A DNA stretch of 60,821 nt from an uncultured Candidatus Poseidoniales archaeon (GTDB taxonomy: Archaea > Thermoplasmatota > Poseidoniia > Poseidoniales > Thalassarchaeaceae), in the NCBI GenBank assembly GCA_902530535.1, contig CACAAP010000005.1, positions 1 to 60,821 of the forward strand, given 5' to 3'. Each line of letters begins with the position of its first letter. Position 1 is the first letter of the stretch. Position numbers and translations under genes: made by a program. This document shows, piece after piece, positions 30,201-39,449 of the stretch. Under the pieces are notes generated by a model. That model was not told where the DNA came from. It saw nothing but the letters and a program-made list of their open reading frames with translations, and did no database searches.

Positions 30201-32056
30201 TCGTTCCAAGACAGGGTTGCATCAAGTGCATTATTCCCAGAGACTTCGAAGGTATAGATAAAACTATGACCGGGAAGAAGATTTCTATCTTGATCCAAAA
30301 ATAGCGTTTGATTTATTCCGTTGCTTTGGGGAAAGATACTGTTTGAGATGTTTAGTTGTCCCCAACCCTCTCCTGAGTTTGGGACATTTAACTCTCCAAT
30401 ATCTTCGGCACCGTTAACGAGTATTGCCCTGATCAGATCAGAGCTTGGAGATGTAAGTCCGACTTCCTCTCTTAGGAATTGCCGCGCCATTGCTGAAGCA
30501 CCTGCGACCACCGGGGCAGCCATAGAAGACCCGCTTAGAGTCATATAGAGTGGAGTTGTTCCATCCGTATGCATCGACTCTGAGCAATTCCCCCCTGTAG
30601 TTAGGCCAGCCTCTTGGGCTCTAGCAGAGCAAATCATAACACCCGGTGCAACCAATTCGGGCTTTATTCGGCCATCGGAAGTAGGTCCTAGTGATGATTC
30701 GTCAGAGACCTGGCCTGGGGATTCAGAACCAAATGCACCTGTTGTGGAAGCACCGACAGTGAGGGAGTTCTTTGCCGTGCTCGGAGATGCGACACCCGAG
30801 TTGGACATATCTCCCGATGAGAAGATTACTAACATCTCCGGATAGTCGTTCGCGAACAAATCAATTGATCTGGAATCCGAAGTGTACTCTCCGACCAGGC
30901 TCTCGCTCCCCCAACTATTTGTGTGGATATTTGCATCGTTTAGGAAAGAGTGTTCGAACATATCGTACAGAGACCCCCAGCGTGCGAGTATACCAGAACT
31001 ATCCACTTCTAACTGGTAGAAATGAAATGTGGACTCGGGAACAATACCCGTAGAATTTGAGTCTCCCGTCCCGTCTCCCAGGAGAGTGGCGGTAACATGG
31101 GTTCCGTGGCCACTATTGGAGTCAGCACCAGAACTGTCTGGACCAAATAAGTTGTAGATCGGATTTCTGAGACGATTCCCGAAGTCTCCGTGATCTACGT
31201 CAAGGCCGGTGTCTGAAATTCCTATGACTTCTCCCTCTCCACGTAAATCTAATTCCGATAGTGATCTTGCATAGTCTACTCCTGAGATTATACTAGCATT
31301 TGAATTGTGTATTGTCAGGACAGGACCCATCTCCACCCTTAGAACGCGGGAATCGGTAGCAAGAGAGGAGATTAGAGATGTTTTAGCGGATCTAATCTTA
31401 CATAGATATTTGTCGCAGTGAGACTGCAGATGTAATTCTCCCGTTTTCTCAAAAAGTTCCCTTTCAAGATTCGATTGGTCGTCGGGAGAGTTAGAGGGAG
31501 AAGGAGTGATATCGAGGTCAATTAGGGTCCCATCGAGATCCATTAACGGGTAAAGTGAATTAGAAATCTTCCACATCGCTGGAAACTGACCGACCCACCT
31601 AACTTGATTCAATTCTTGGATGGATTCGATTTGGTCGCCTGTTCTCCATGGTTCAATGCTAATGACGACGGAATCATCTGGAAAATGATCAATGATCTGT
31701 ATTCCCAGAAAATTTAACGAGTCCTCCAGTTCCTGTAGGTCGGAGCTATGTGACTGTACGATGAATAGACTTCCATCATTGGATTCGGAGAGGCCAATCT
31801 TTTCCCATTGTCCTGCTGGAGGGGATTCAGTCAGAGGATCGAATTTTCCGAATGGTGAGTGGATTAATCCTGAAGCCTCACTAATTGGATGATCGCCAAT
31901 TGATGGGTTATGAAGAACTACCCAATTATTTTCTGTTGTGGGCGAGGACATAGATTGTGCCCTTTCCACATCGATACTTTCCATTGAAATTGTAGAAGAA
32001 ATGGGTGAAAGCAAGATCAAAGAAACTGCAAAGTAAATTGCTTTTGTAGAAGTCAT
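27296..32056 (-). CDS. Large membrane-anchored S8 (subtilisin/KP-43-like) serine peptidase with Ig-like/CARDB repeats
   Basis: Signal peptide; SDTGLD, GHGTHV, TAKN, GRIKPE, SGSSMAAP; beta-rich repeats; C-terminal TM and Trp-rich tail. Confidence 0.9.
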   Translation of the reverse strand: MTSTKAIYFAVSLILLSPISSTISMESIDVERAQSMSSPTTENNWVVLHNPSIGDHPISEASGLIHSPFGKFDPLTESPPAGQWEKIGLSESNDGSLFIVQSHSSDLQELEDSLNFLGIQIIDHFPDDSVVISIEPWRTGDQIESIQELNQVRWVGQFPAMWKISNSLYPLMDLDGTLIDLDITPSPSNSPDDQSNLERELFEKTGELHLQSHCDKYLCKIRSAKTSLISSLATDSRVLRVEMGPVLTIHNSNASIISGVDYARSLSELDLRGEGEVIGISDTGLDVDHGDFGNRLRNPIYNLFGPDSSGADSNSGHGTHVTATLLGDGTGDSNSTGIVPESTFHFYQLEVDSSGILARWGSLYDMFEHSFLNDANIHTNSWGSESLVGEYTSDSRSIDLFANDYPEMLVIFSSGDMSNSGVASPSTAKNSLTVGASTTGAFGSESPGQVSDESSLGPTSDGRIKPELVAPGVMICSARAQEAGLTTGGNCSESMHTDGTTPLYMTLSGSSMAAPVVAGASAMARQFLREEVGLTSPSSDLIRAILVNGAEDIGELNVPNSGEGWGQLNISNSIFPQSNGINQTLFLDQDRNLLPGHSFIYTFEVSGNNALDATLSWNDREGSVSADQNTSRLVNNLDLVVTSPSGEKFNGNDFASGFSQSMGNIDNLNNLERVRIASTEPGIWTVKIGHSGGFSQDFSLVFSSNAIELQEADLTVVPNSIFSSETSPLKGDTISMQLSWINQAVAPTGQYSISLEDVTDGNEIGTYSMPSLPGGQIETFSIYHSFQSTGTHLVRLTLDYLSQVDELNDETIGMNNNIFDLEFNVTEIGVRIIPLMEDGSYPTDFVESQSAKNRDINPSTESWANFQLELLNEGTSETTVELSISAVQEIGDSGIMSSPQDEWSETLSDSGPWVLSPSGESGDRVLISLNLTDEDADVESRFALPGHFVTDLILYDKMAPTISHSVRLSVDIDRVEGLYTVPAGTEDLGAEPNEFALFTLSVRNIGNGPTEYGISCETEDRWIVHVGSSQVPEVTIGPLSRLQFVPVPIRVKVPPASSGILAGDTNLVTCITTSVNDPNLQTTETATVEVLESRAFSTQISDMEGNEFGPVAITESRAVQNGDTISTILTIYNRGNIPLSFDVRALSSSNTWPIQVYLSGEDPPLGEATTIQTDIVPGSESIIIIRTIVPLASEKGDKNTVTIKTTLDDNIVTNATVLEVKEITTLDVQAEEGFSISLGRDGNANIFLHNSGNVPLLIELTLGTLPDGWSGGFLTGSTFSMDMNRDSVVNIALQLPSGTPSGTLSHKVPVIIQSTSPSLSTETITIDMDVMVLPSVWLEVQSETSSIQGIAEGEETPLVLEVQNKGNTKSPIFINHEELDGWTVKYQWPADELEPGEHYEIIVSISPRKSAEDGLTQLRFYANSTSQDSMVTLTNSSFIVDVSKSKSSNQGGISGLFETLGLPAWTLAVLFVVALGALISLGIRARQEFSPVDSDEELIPRGSALQAGTKEERRAAALDTYTTGDVVTGGVSESEINDTLQATVPTLPTHQVPEGAMPLPITGLPDGWSMEQWVAYGHLWWEQNGP

Positions 32057-32117
32057 TCGCTTTTCGGATGCTAGGGCCTCTTTTGACTATTGACTCTTTC
32101 CGGGCTGGCCAAACATG

Positions 32118-33158
32118 TCATGTAGAATAGTAAGTACTGATGGCTGAATCGGTCTTTTCGGCGGATTTCCTCCAGTCTTCTTCAACACCCATTAGTGCCC
32201 TGATGCAATCTACATTTTCCGGGATTACGTCACTCTCTTGATGTATGGCTTGAAAGTAATACAGGCGGTCTCCCACAAGTTTCACCCCATCCTCCCAAAC
32301 GAATATTTCGTGCAAGTCTCCCCACTTCCTACCTATATCTCTGGCCATCTCCATCACCTCTGCAGTCGTGGGGATTCTATCATCGGCACCATTCATGATG
32401 ATCACCCTGGGAGTGTTCGACCACATTTCGATTATCGACTCAGTAGATAGACCGTGGCCCTTTGGTAAATCTGCAATAATACAGTGAACATGCATTATTG
32501 TGGTGGGAACTGCGACCGCAAGGCTGTTTATCTCAATCTCGGGTTTTACAGTCATGACATCGGGCCCATGATGGCTAGGGACCTTGAGAACGGGTTTGAT
32601 AGCATTAATCGGACCCTTGCCGGAGTCTCCTGGATCAGCCGCACGCCTCACCATTGTACACTCTACTTTCAACGAGCCACAGTGCTCGAATAGGGGTACA
32701 AGTGTTCTAGATAGGCCAGTAGTATTGCAAGAAACTACTCTTGTTCCCTCGGCATTCAAATTCTCCTTATGATTAGCGGAAGAAGTGTAAGAGAGACCGG
32801 TGAGATTGTGTTTTTCTCCTCCTTGGAAAATATATTTTACTCCTGCAGAGCGATATTTCTCTAGGTTCTCAGAACCCAATTTACCAGGAGCGCAATCCAC
32901 AACCACATCCGCGATCGAAAGCAAATCGGATAGCCCCCCAGTGCAACCGTACCCCTTTTTCTCAAAGAGGGATATGCTTTCTTTATCGTCGAACGTGCAG
33001 TAAAGGGGGAAGCCTTTCTTTATTGCCAGTTCACAACCGAAGCTCGGACCGGTCTTGGTAACTCCAACAACTTCCATGTCATCTTGTGCATCTACCGCAT
33101 CTGCTACTCGCTTACCTATCGTTCCGAATCCATTAATTGCCACTTTTATGGTTCCCAT
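32118..33158 (-). CDS. gap: Archaeal (type II) glyceraldehyde-3-phosphate dehydrogenase
   Basis: NGFGTIGKRVADAV, FQGGEK, VVSCNTTGL, PSHHGPDV, QAIHQESDVIPENVD. Confidence 0.96.
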   Translation of the reverse strand: MGTIKVAINGFGTIGKRVADAVDAQDDMEVVGVTKTGPSFGCELAIKKGFPLYCTFDDKESISLFEKKGYGCTGGLSDLLSIADVVVDCAPGKLGSENLEKYRSAGVKYIFQGGEKHNLTGLSYTSSANHKENLNAEGTRVVSCNTTGLSRTLVPLFEHCGSLKVECTMVRRAADPGDSGKGPINAIKPVLKVPSHHGPDVMTVKPEIEINSLAVAVPTTIMHVHCIIADLPKGHGLSTESIIEMWSNTPRVIIMNGADDRIPTTAEVMEMARDIGRKWGDLHEIFVWEDGVKLVGDRLYYFQAIHQESDVIPENVDCIRALMGVEEDWRKSAEKTDSAISTYYST

Positions 33159-33313
33159 TATCGAATCCCCATGTTGTTGCCTATGAAGTTCCTAGTCTGA
33201 AGGATGCCTATGAACATAGCGAATTCGGGAAGAGTCAATAATGGGTCGCCTCCTTCTGATTACAGAGTATTACAAAGGGGAGGACCAAAGTGAAGGAGTT
33301 GGCAATAAAGAGT

Positions 33314-34831
33314 ATGAAACTCAATAGAGATCTGGATAGATACGTTGAGCAGGCTCTCGAGCAAGGTAGGCCAGTGAAAATTGGATGGGGAAGAGCGGGA
33401 GACGAGAGGCCGAAGGATGGAGAGTTTGGCGTACTAACGCACTTGCCAGAAGGGGCCAAGGTACTATGTCTGGGCAATCTAGGGCCATTAGTAGGAGCTG
33501 CAAATAGAGGTGGAACCCTAACTCTTAGAGGAAGTACTGGTTCAATGGTGGCTGCATTTCATGTCAAAGGAAAGACGGTGATTGAGAAGGATGTAGGAGA
33601 TAAAGCTGGATTTGGGATGCAAGGGGGAGAAATAACCATCCAAGGCTCTTCTGGTAGTGAAACAGGTTCAGCCATGGGCGGAGGAGTCTTATTGGTCAGA
33701 GGACATGCGGGAGACTATCTGGGTTCTAGTATGTCTGGAGGAGCTGTAATTGTTATGGGTTCAGTAGGATCAGATCCTGGAACCGGAATGACTGGAGGGA
33801 GGATTATTGTCTCGGGGAGCTGCCCTCCCCCGCCCGATGGTGTAGAGATGAGATCGATAAAGAAATCGGAAATCAAAGAATTCTCAAAAATCTTAGAGCC
33901 TATGGGACTTGAACTAAATGAGGATGCATTGGTTCTAGAACAGGGAGAGATAATTCATGGTGAAGATAGGCTCCCGGAGTGCTCGATCCTAGAAGGATTT
34001 GAGAAGATTTCCTTGCACCCAAATGAAGACTCTCTGGCAGACAATGCCATACTGGATCACTATACTCTTCTTGTACAGAATGACTCAGATTCTGAAGGCG
34101 CGCTACTTGAAATTCCCTGGCTAATTAGCTGTCAGACTACAGTGGGTTCAGAAGAGTGGGGCGAGGTGTCGGCGCCAGCAATTGTTCGCTCCGAAACCAG
34201 GACTAACGACCTGCTTCTAGTGGGTAAGAAAGAGTTCGCAGAGTCAATCGACTTTGTGAGAAATTGCTCTGGACTAATTTTGGATATTACTGATTTTCCT
34301 GGGCTTAATGACTCAGAAATTGAGGCTATGGTGATTTCCCTGAGAAGTAGGATGGATAATAATGCAATAATTCTACTTAGGGGAAGGATTGACAGAATTG
34401 AGAGGGTGTTCAGATTAGTGATGGACTTGGAACTAGACGGTGCAGTAGTTATCTGTTCAACTCCCAGTGGTTCCAGACTTGCATCTTCCCTCCCGAAGAT
34501 TGGCCTTGCATCGAAGGCAATGGGGATTAGTGAGACAGGTAAGTTCGTGATGCTGGAGATCGACTTTGAGCCGGAGGCCAAGGATATGCTAATCGCTGTA
34601 GCATCTGGTTGTACTGCGATAGTTTCTCCCCATATGGGTGGGAGCGTGCATTCAAAGATTGAGGATCTTGGAAAGGAAATACGAGGTTGGATGAGAGACA
34701 TAGGAGTTGATCGAATAGATAGGATTGGAAGGAGGAATCTCAGAGCCAACGACTATGATACTGCTGCAATATCCGGACTGAGGCTTGTGGGATATGAACG
34801 TCCTCTGAAAATGTGGTTAGAACTAGGGTGA
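33314..34831 (+). CDS. GXGXG (GltB-C/FwdC) beta-helix fused to a degenerate glutamate-synthase FMN-domain-like region
   Basis: Repeated GxxMxGGxxxxxG units; C-term IGRRNLRANDYDTAAISGLRLVG typical of archaeal GltB2-like proteins. Confidence 0.7.
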   Translation: MKLNRDLDRYVEQALEQGRPVKIGWGRAGDERPKDGEFGVLTHLPEGAKVLCLGNLGPLVGAANRGGTLTLRGSTGSMVAAFHVKGKTVIEKDVGDKAGFGMQGGEITIQGSSGSETGSAMGGGVLLVRGHAGDYLGSSMSGGAVIVMGSVGSDPGTGMTGGRIIVSGSCPPPPDGVEMRSIKKSEIKEFSKILEPMGLELNEDALVLEQGEIIHGEDRLPECSILEGFEKISLHPNEDSLADNAILDHYTLLVQNDSDSEGALLEIPWLISCQTTVGSEEWGEVSAPAIVRSETRTNDLLLVGKKEFAESIDFVRNCSGLILDITDFPGLNDSEIEAMVISLRSRMDNNAIILLRGRIDRIERVFRLVMDLELDGAVVICSTPSGSRLASSLPKIGLASKAMGISETGKFVMLEIDFEPEAKDMLIAVASGCTAIVSPHMGGSVHSKIEDLGKEIRGWMRDIGVDRIDRIGRRNLRANDYDTAAISGLRLVGYERPLKMWLELG

Positions 34832-34835
34832 ATTA

Positions 34836-36590
34836 ATGCCTACCCTGGACTTCAAACACTCTATTCTCGAATTTGTACAGAAGATCAATGGAATTGACCA
34901 CAGATGGGAAGAATGGTCAGATTGGCTCCCCGACATTGGTTGCCCCGTTGATAGGAATGACGAACAGTCGGTAGAAGTAGAGGTGTTTCCCGATCGTCCA
35001 GACCTACTAAGTCATGAGACAATGAGTAGGGCATCCAGGTCATTCCTTTGTCTAAGTGAGGAAGATGCGGACATGGCGGTAACAACGGGCGAAATTTCTC
35101 TCACAGTTGATCCTGAACTGGAAAGTGTGAGGCCTGTTGTAATGGGAGCAGTTGTTAGAGGCGTAGATACTGGTTCTGATTCTGATGAAAAGGGAGATTT
35201 CATCCAGAGTTTGATGGACCATCAAGAAAAGTTGCATATGACACTTGGGAGAAAGAGGAGATTCGCTTCGATTGGAGTCCATGACCTAAATACACTCAGA
35301 CCTCCATTTCGAGTAACAACTGTGTCGTCAGAATTTTCTTTCACTCCTCTAGCTAGTATGGAGGAGATGAGTATTGAGAAAATACTTACAGACCATCCCA
35401 AGGGAATAGAATATGCCCACCTTATGCAAAATCTGAAGGAATTTCCGATAATTCTGGACTATGATGATAAGGTGCTATCATTCCCCCCAATAATCAATGG
35501 AAGTCACACCACAGTAAGCGAAGAAACTACTGACTTTTTCATTGATGTAACGGGTTGGGACAGAAGAGCGTGTGAAGCATCTCTACTACTTGTCTGTCTG
35601 TCTATGTCTGAGAGAGGAGGAGAGATTGAGAGTATCCAACTAAATGATACCGACGGAGAGCAGTATTTATCTCCAAAAGGAGAAGCCATAATTCATCGAG
35701 TTCCCGACAGTCTAATTGAGAAAATTCTGGGAATAAAATTGAGCTCAGAAGATTTGTCATCTTCAATCAAAAAAATGGGCGGTACATTAGAAGAAAGTCG
35801 TACCGTTACGGATGGGCCTAACCAGAGGGGAAGGTGGTCGGACTGTGTAGTTGGAGAGGTTGAGCATCTAATCAAAATGCCTCGATGGAGGAGCGACATA
35901 ATGCACCCAGTTGATATTGTGGAAGATATCGCGATAGGTTTCGGTTTCCAGAATCTTCCACTGAAGCTTTCTACGACACATCTAGATGCACTCCCATTGA
36001 ACCGCTCTAACCTGAAGAGAAGAGTTGGCGAGAGCATGAGGGCGTGCGGTCTGCAAGAGGTACAGAGCCTGACTCTTTCAAACGAAAGAGACCAGTTCGA
36101 TAATGTTAGATGGCCAAATGAAGGATATGTTACAGAGATTGCAAATCCAATAACATCAGATCATACTCTTCTAAGACAATACATCCTGCCCTCACTACTA
36201 AGGCTGCTTGCAGCCAATCGCCATCATGAGCTACCACAGAGGGTTTACGAACTAGGAGACGTTATCCGTGATTCGAAGAACTTCCTAAGAGCGGCGTGGG
36301 CGTGTGCAGAAGTAGGCAGTGGATTCACTTCTTCAAAGGGCATTGTCCAGGCCCTTCTTCGAGATATGGGGGCGATTCAAGATGATGTTGAATTCAGGCC
36401 GACAGATTCTGAGGATGGACCATGGATAAGTGGAAGGGGGGGCCATGTTTTTATTCGAGACGAGAAGATTGGGGAGTTCGGAGAGATTGACCCGAAAGTG
36501 AGCGGCTTTTTCGGAATTAAATCTCCAATTCAAGCGGGAGAGATTGACTTAGAGGCAATATATAGGATAGTCCCTGATCCAATATCCTAG
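34836..36590 (+). CDS. pheT: Phenylalanine-tRNA ligase beta subunit
   Basis: PDRPDLLS, QEKLHMTLGRKR, SIGVHD, SFPPIING, RSDIMHPVDIVEDIAIG, IANP, GEFGEIDP. Confidence 0.95.
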   Translation: MPTLDFKHSILEFVQKINGIDHRWEEWSDWLPDIGCPVDRNDEQSVEVEVFPDRPDLLSHETMSRASRSFLCLSEEDADMAVTTGEISLTVDPELESVRPVVMGAVVRGVDTGSDSDEKGDFIQSLMDHQEKLHMTLGRKRRFASIGVHDLNTLRPPFRVTTVSSEFSFTPLASMEEMSIEKILTDHPKGIEYAHLMQNLKEFPIILDYDDKVLSFPPIINGSHTTVSEETTDFFIDVTGWDRRACEASLLLVCLSMSERGGEIESIQLNDTDGEQYLSPKGEAIIHRVPDSLIEKILGIKLSSEDLSSSIKKMGGTLEESRTVTDGPNQRGRWSDCVVGEVEHLIKMPRWRSDIMHPVDIVEDIAIGFGFQNLPLKLSTTHLDALPLNRSNLKRRVGESMRACGLQEVQSLTLSNERDQFDNVRWPNEGYVTEIANPITSDHTLLRQYILPSLLRLLAANRHHELPQRVYELGDVIRDSKNFLRAAWACAEVGSGFTSSKGIVQALLRDMGAIQDDVEFRPTDSEDGPWISGRGGHVFIRDEKIGEFGEIDPKVSGFFGIKSPIQAGEIDLEAIYRIVPDPIS

Positions 36591-36784
36591 TTCACATCTT
36601 CGTCTTTAGAGAGAAGTTTCATCGCGTTCAAGAACTGCTTGTTCTTCAGATGGCTTTTGTCATCCTTTTTTTCTTCTTTCTTTCCAGATTTTTTCTCATA
36701 CTCAACCACATTCCTCATGTAATTCGTACGAGATACTTTCGATTTCGAAGTTTTCCTCTTCTTGAAGGGCCATATGGGTCCCAT
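36587..36784 (-). CDS. Small basic hypothetical protein
   Basis: 65-aa Lys-rich ORF filling the gap between pheT and rnhB; its stop overlaps the pheT stop. Confidence 0.5.
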   Translation of the reverse strand: MGPIWPFKKRKTSKSKVSRTNYMRNVVEYEKKSGKKEEKKDDKSHLKNKQFLNAMKLLSKDEDVN

Positions 36785-36875
36785 GTGCCGTGAGCGGAGA
36801 GTGATGACATCATATTTTCCCTATTTTGAGTCACGAAACAGTAGTTTTCATGGAATTAGTTCTATTGGAGTGGGC

Positions 36876-37613
36876 ATGCTTGCACGGCACATAGGGGTGG
36901 ACGAGGCCGGAAGAGGCCCTGCCATAGGGCCACTAGTTGTTTCAGCGCTAAATATTCCTGAGGGAGACAGATCGATTCTCAAAGATTTGGGAGTCGATGA
37001 TTCGAAGAATCTGACTAAAAAGAATAGGGATCTCCTGTATAAGGAGATTTTATCATGCGCTGAATCATTAGATTGGACCATTGGTTTGGTACTTTGTGAT
37101 GCAAGAAGAATAGACGAGTGGATGGATGACGGGAGTCTGAATTCGTTAGAGGTGCTCCTCTTTTCCGAAGCAATAGGAGATGCGGCTGAACCGGGGGAGA
37201 GTCTAGAGATATTTCTCGATGCCTGTGACGTTGATGCAGAGAGGTTCGGTAGGATGGTGTCCAAGACTCTTGGAGATAGTTGGCATGGATGCAAGATTTA
37301 TTCAGAGCATAAGATGGATTCCAGAGATGAAGTGGTTGCTGCAGCAAGCATCATTGCCAAAGTAAGTAGGGACTCAGCAATGGAAGAGCTGTCACAGGAA
37401 TTGAATATTGATCTAGGTTCTGGATATCCCTCGGACCCCAAGACTAGGGGAGCCCTAGAGATATTGTGCGAGGAAGAAGTTCTTGCGGATTGTATCAGAA
37501 GAAACTGGGCGAATGTAAAGAGAACCTGGAGCAGGAGGCACAATCGTCCAATTCAAACAAGAGCGAATGAACGAACCGGAGTGTTTCAATCGGCTCTAGA
37601 TGAATGGGAATAA
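36876..37613 (+). CDS. rnhB: Ribonuclease HII
   Basis: GVDEAGRGPAIGPL, DDSKNL, AAASIIAKV, GSGYPSDP, C-terminal PIP-like QSALDEW. Confidence 0.95.
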   Translation: MLARHIGVDEAGRGPAIGPLVVSALNIPEGDRSILKDLGVDDSKNLTKKNRDLLYKEILSCAESLDWTIGLVLCDARRIDEWMDDGSLNSLEVLLFSEAIGDAAEPGESLEIFLDACDVDAERFGRMVSKTLGDSWHGCKIYSEHKMDSRDEVVAAASIIAKVSRDSAMEELSQELNIDLGSGYPSDPKTRGALEILCEEEVLADCIRRNWANVKRTWSRRHNRPIQTRANERTGVFQSALDEWE

Positions 37614-37657
37614 TAAGAACGGTGAAATGTAACCAATGTCTGGTTCAGATGTAAAAT

Positions 37658-39367
37658 ATGACTGAGGAGGAAGTTTTCGGTCTGGAAGATCGAGATACGG
37701 TTCGTAAGTATGCATTACAGAACGCTATAGAGTACAGCGGCAAAGGACAGTCGGGAAGCGTTCTCGGTAGGGTCCTTGCAGAGAGGGAACAACTGAGATC
37801 CCGTGTAAAGAGCCTACTATCGTTAGTAGAGAAAGAAGTCACAAGAGCTAATTCTATAGCTCGTGAAGATGGAATCGAAGGGGTTCGGAAAGAGTTGGAG
37901 AGTTTTGCTCCAGAGGCTCTAGATAGGGAGAGGCATCAGAAAAATGAGGGTTTGAGGGATCTTCCAGGAAATACATCAGAAGTAATCCTTAGATTCGCCC
38001 CTAATCCCAATGGCCCTTTATCCATAGGACATTCAAGAGGAGTGGTTATCAATTCCCTGTACGCAGAGAAATACCAAGGCAAAATAGTACTCAGGTTTGA
38101 TGACACCGATACTAAGGTAAAACCTCCAATGGTTGATGCCTATGGTTGGATAGAAGAAGAGTTCGAATGGATGTCAGGAAAGGCTGCAGATGTGGTGATT
38201 AGAGCTAGCGAAAGGATGCCAATCTATCTCCAACACGCTGAGAAGATGTTGATTGGGGGTTTTGGCTATGTTTGCAAATGTACTGCTGAGGATTTTCGTG
38301 AGTTCAGAGTTTCAAAGACTGATTGTCCATGTAGAAATAAGTCGGTCCAGCAGAACATGGACGATTGGGGGAAAATGAACTCTGGAGAGATTGATGAGGG
38401 AGGCGCAGTTGTTAGGGTAAAGACCGGAATGAATCTGCCGAATCCCGCTTTGAGAGACTGGCCCGCACTAAGGATTCAGCATTCCCCTCATCCTATAGTC
38501 GGTGACAAGTACATGGTATGGCCTCTGTTAGATTTTCAAAGCGCCATTGAAGATCATCTGCAAGGAGTAAGTCACATCATCAGAGGAAAGGATTTGATGG
38601 ACAGCACAAGAAAGCAGACTATTCTTTACGAACACTTCGGTTGGGATTATCCTGAGCCATTGTATTGGGGCAGAGTGAAGATCCATGAGTTTGGAGGTTT
38701 CTCTACCTCTGAGATGTCTTCATCCATTGATTCGGGGAAATTCTCGGGATGGGACGATCCGAGGCTCCCTACACTCAGAGCAATGCGGCGTCGCGGATTT
38801 GATCCTCGCTCCCTAGCAGAGCTTTGGGGAGAGGTTGGCCTTACTCAGAAGGACATCTCAATCTCACTGAAGACATTGGAGTCATTTAATTCTAGAATAA
38901 TAGACGGGGACTGCGAAAGAAGAGTTTTCGTCTCGAATCCGAAAAGTCTGGATCTTAGTGCCAAGAATATCCCCTCAAGAGTAATGATGGCAAGACATCC
39001 AGACGGCGAAATAGAGGGTTTCAGGGAGTGGGAAGTCGGGATGACTGTATCAATTCAAGATAGTGACTATGTCGAAGGAAAGCTGAGGCTGAAAGACTTC
39101 GCCGATATCATGATCTCAGGTTCATCTGCAACCATAGAGTCGGTTGATAGGAGCGATGACCGGAAAATAGTACATTGGATTTCAGAGAAGTTGGCCTTAG
39201 AAGCTATACTGTCAGTACCTGATGGCGAGGAGATTTCTGAGGTAAAGGGGGTTCTAGAGGACTTTGAACTGAAAGAGGGCGAAGTATACCAACTTGAGCG
39301 AGTCGGTTTTGCTAGATTCGAGGGGATTCAAGGAGGGATTGCAAGGCTCCTATGGCTACACAATTAG
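37658..39367 (+). CDS. gltX: Glutamate-tRNA ligase (archaeal)
   Basis: RFAPNPNGPLSIGH, RFDDTD, IRGKDL, GWDDPRLPTL, QLERVGFAR. Confidence 0.96.
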   Translation: MTEEEVFGLEDRDTVRKYALQNAIEYSGKGQSGSVLGRVLAEREQLRSRVKSLLSLVEKEVTRANSIAREDGIEGVRKELESFAPEALDRERHQKNEGLRDLPGNTSEVILRFAPNPNGPLSIGHSRGVVINSLYAEKYQGKIVLRFDDTDTKVKPPMVDAYGWIEEEFEWMSGKAADVVIRASERMPIYLQHAEKMLIGGFGYVCKCTAEDFREFRVSKTDCPCRNKSVQQNMDDWGKMNSGEIDEGGAVVRVKTGMNLPNPALRDWPALRIQHSPHPIVGDKYMVWPLLDFQSAIEDHLQGVSHIIRGKDLMDSTRKQTILYEHFGWDYPEPLYWGRVKIHEFGGFSTSEMSSSIDSGKFSGWDDPRLPTLRAMRRRGFDPRSLAELWGEVGLTQKDISISLKTLESFNSRIIDGDCERRVFVSNPKSLDLSAKNIPSRVMMARHPDGEIEGFREWEVGMTVSIQDSDYVEGKLRLKDFADIMISGSSATIESVDRSDDRKIVHWISEKLALEAILSVPDGEEISEVKGVLEDFELKEGEVYQLERVGFARFEGIQGGIARLLWLHN

Positions 39368-39449
39368 TGAAGTTGAATTTCGTTTAAACTGGCATATTTT
39401 CATTGAAAGTTTGCGTGGCATTGAAGGGGCCAGTCCGAATCAGAGTACT

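Noticed and set aside
37658-39367. GluRS HIGH reads SIGH and KMSKS reads GFSTS
   Set aside because: Such variation is within the range of archaeal GluRS, and the rest of the enzyme is intact
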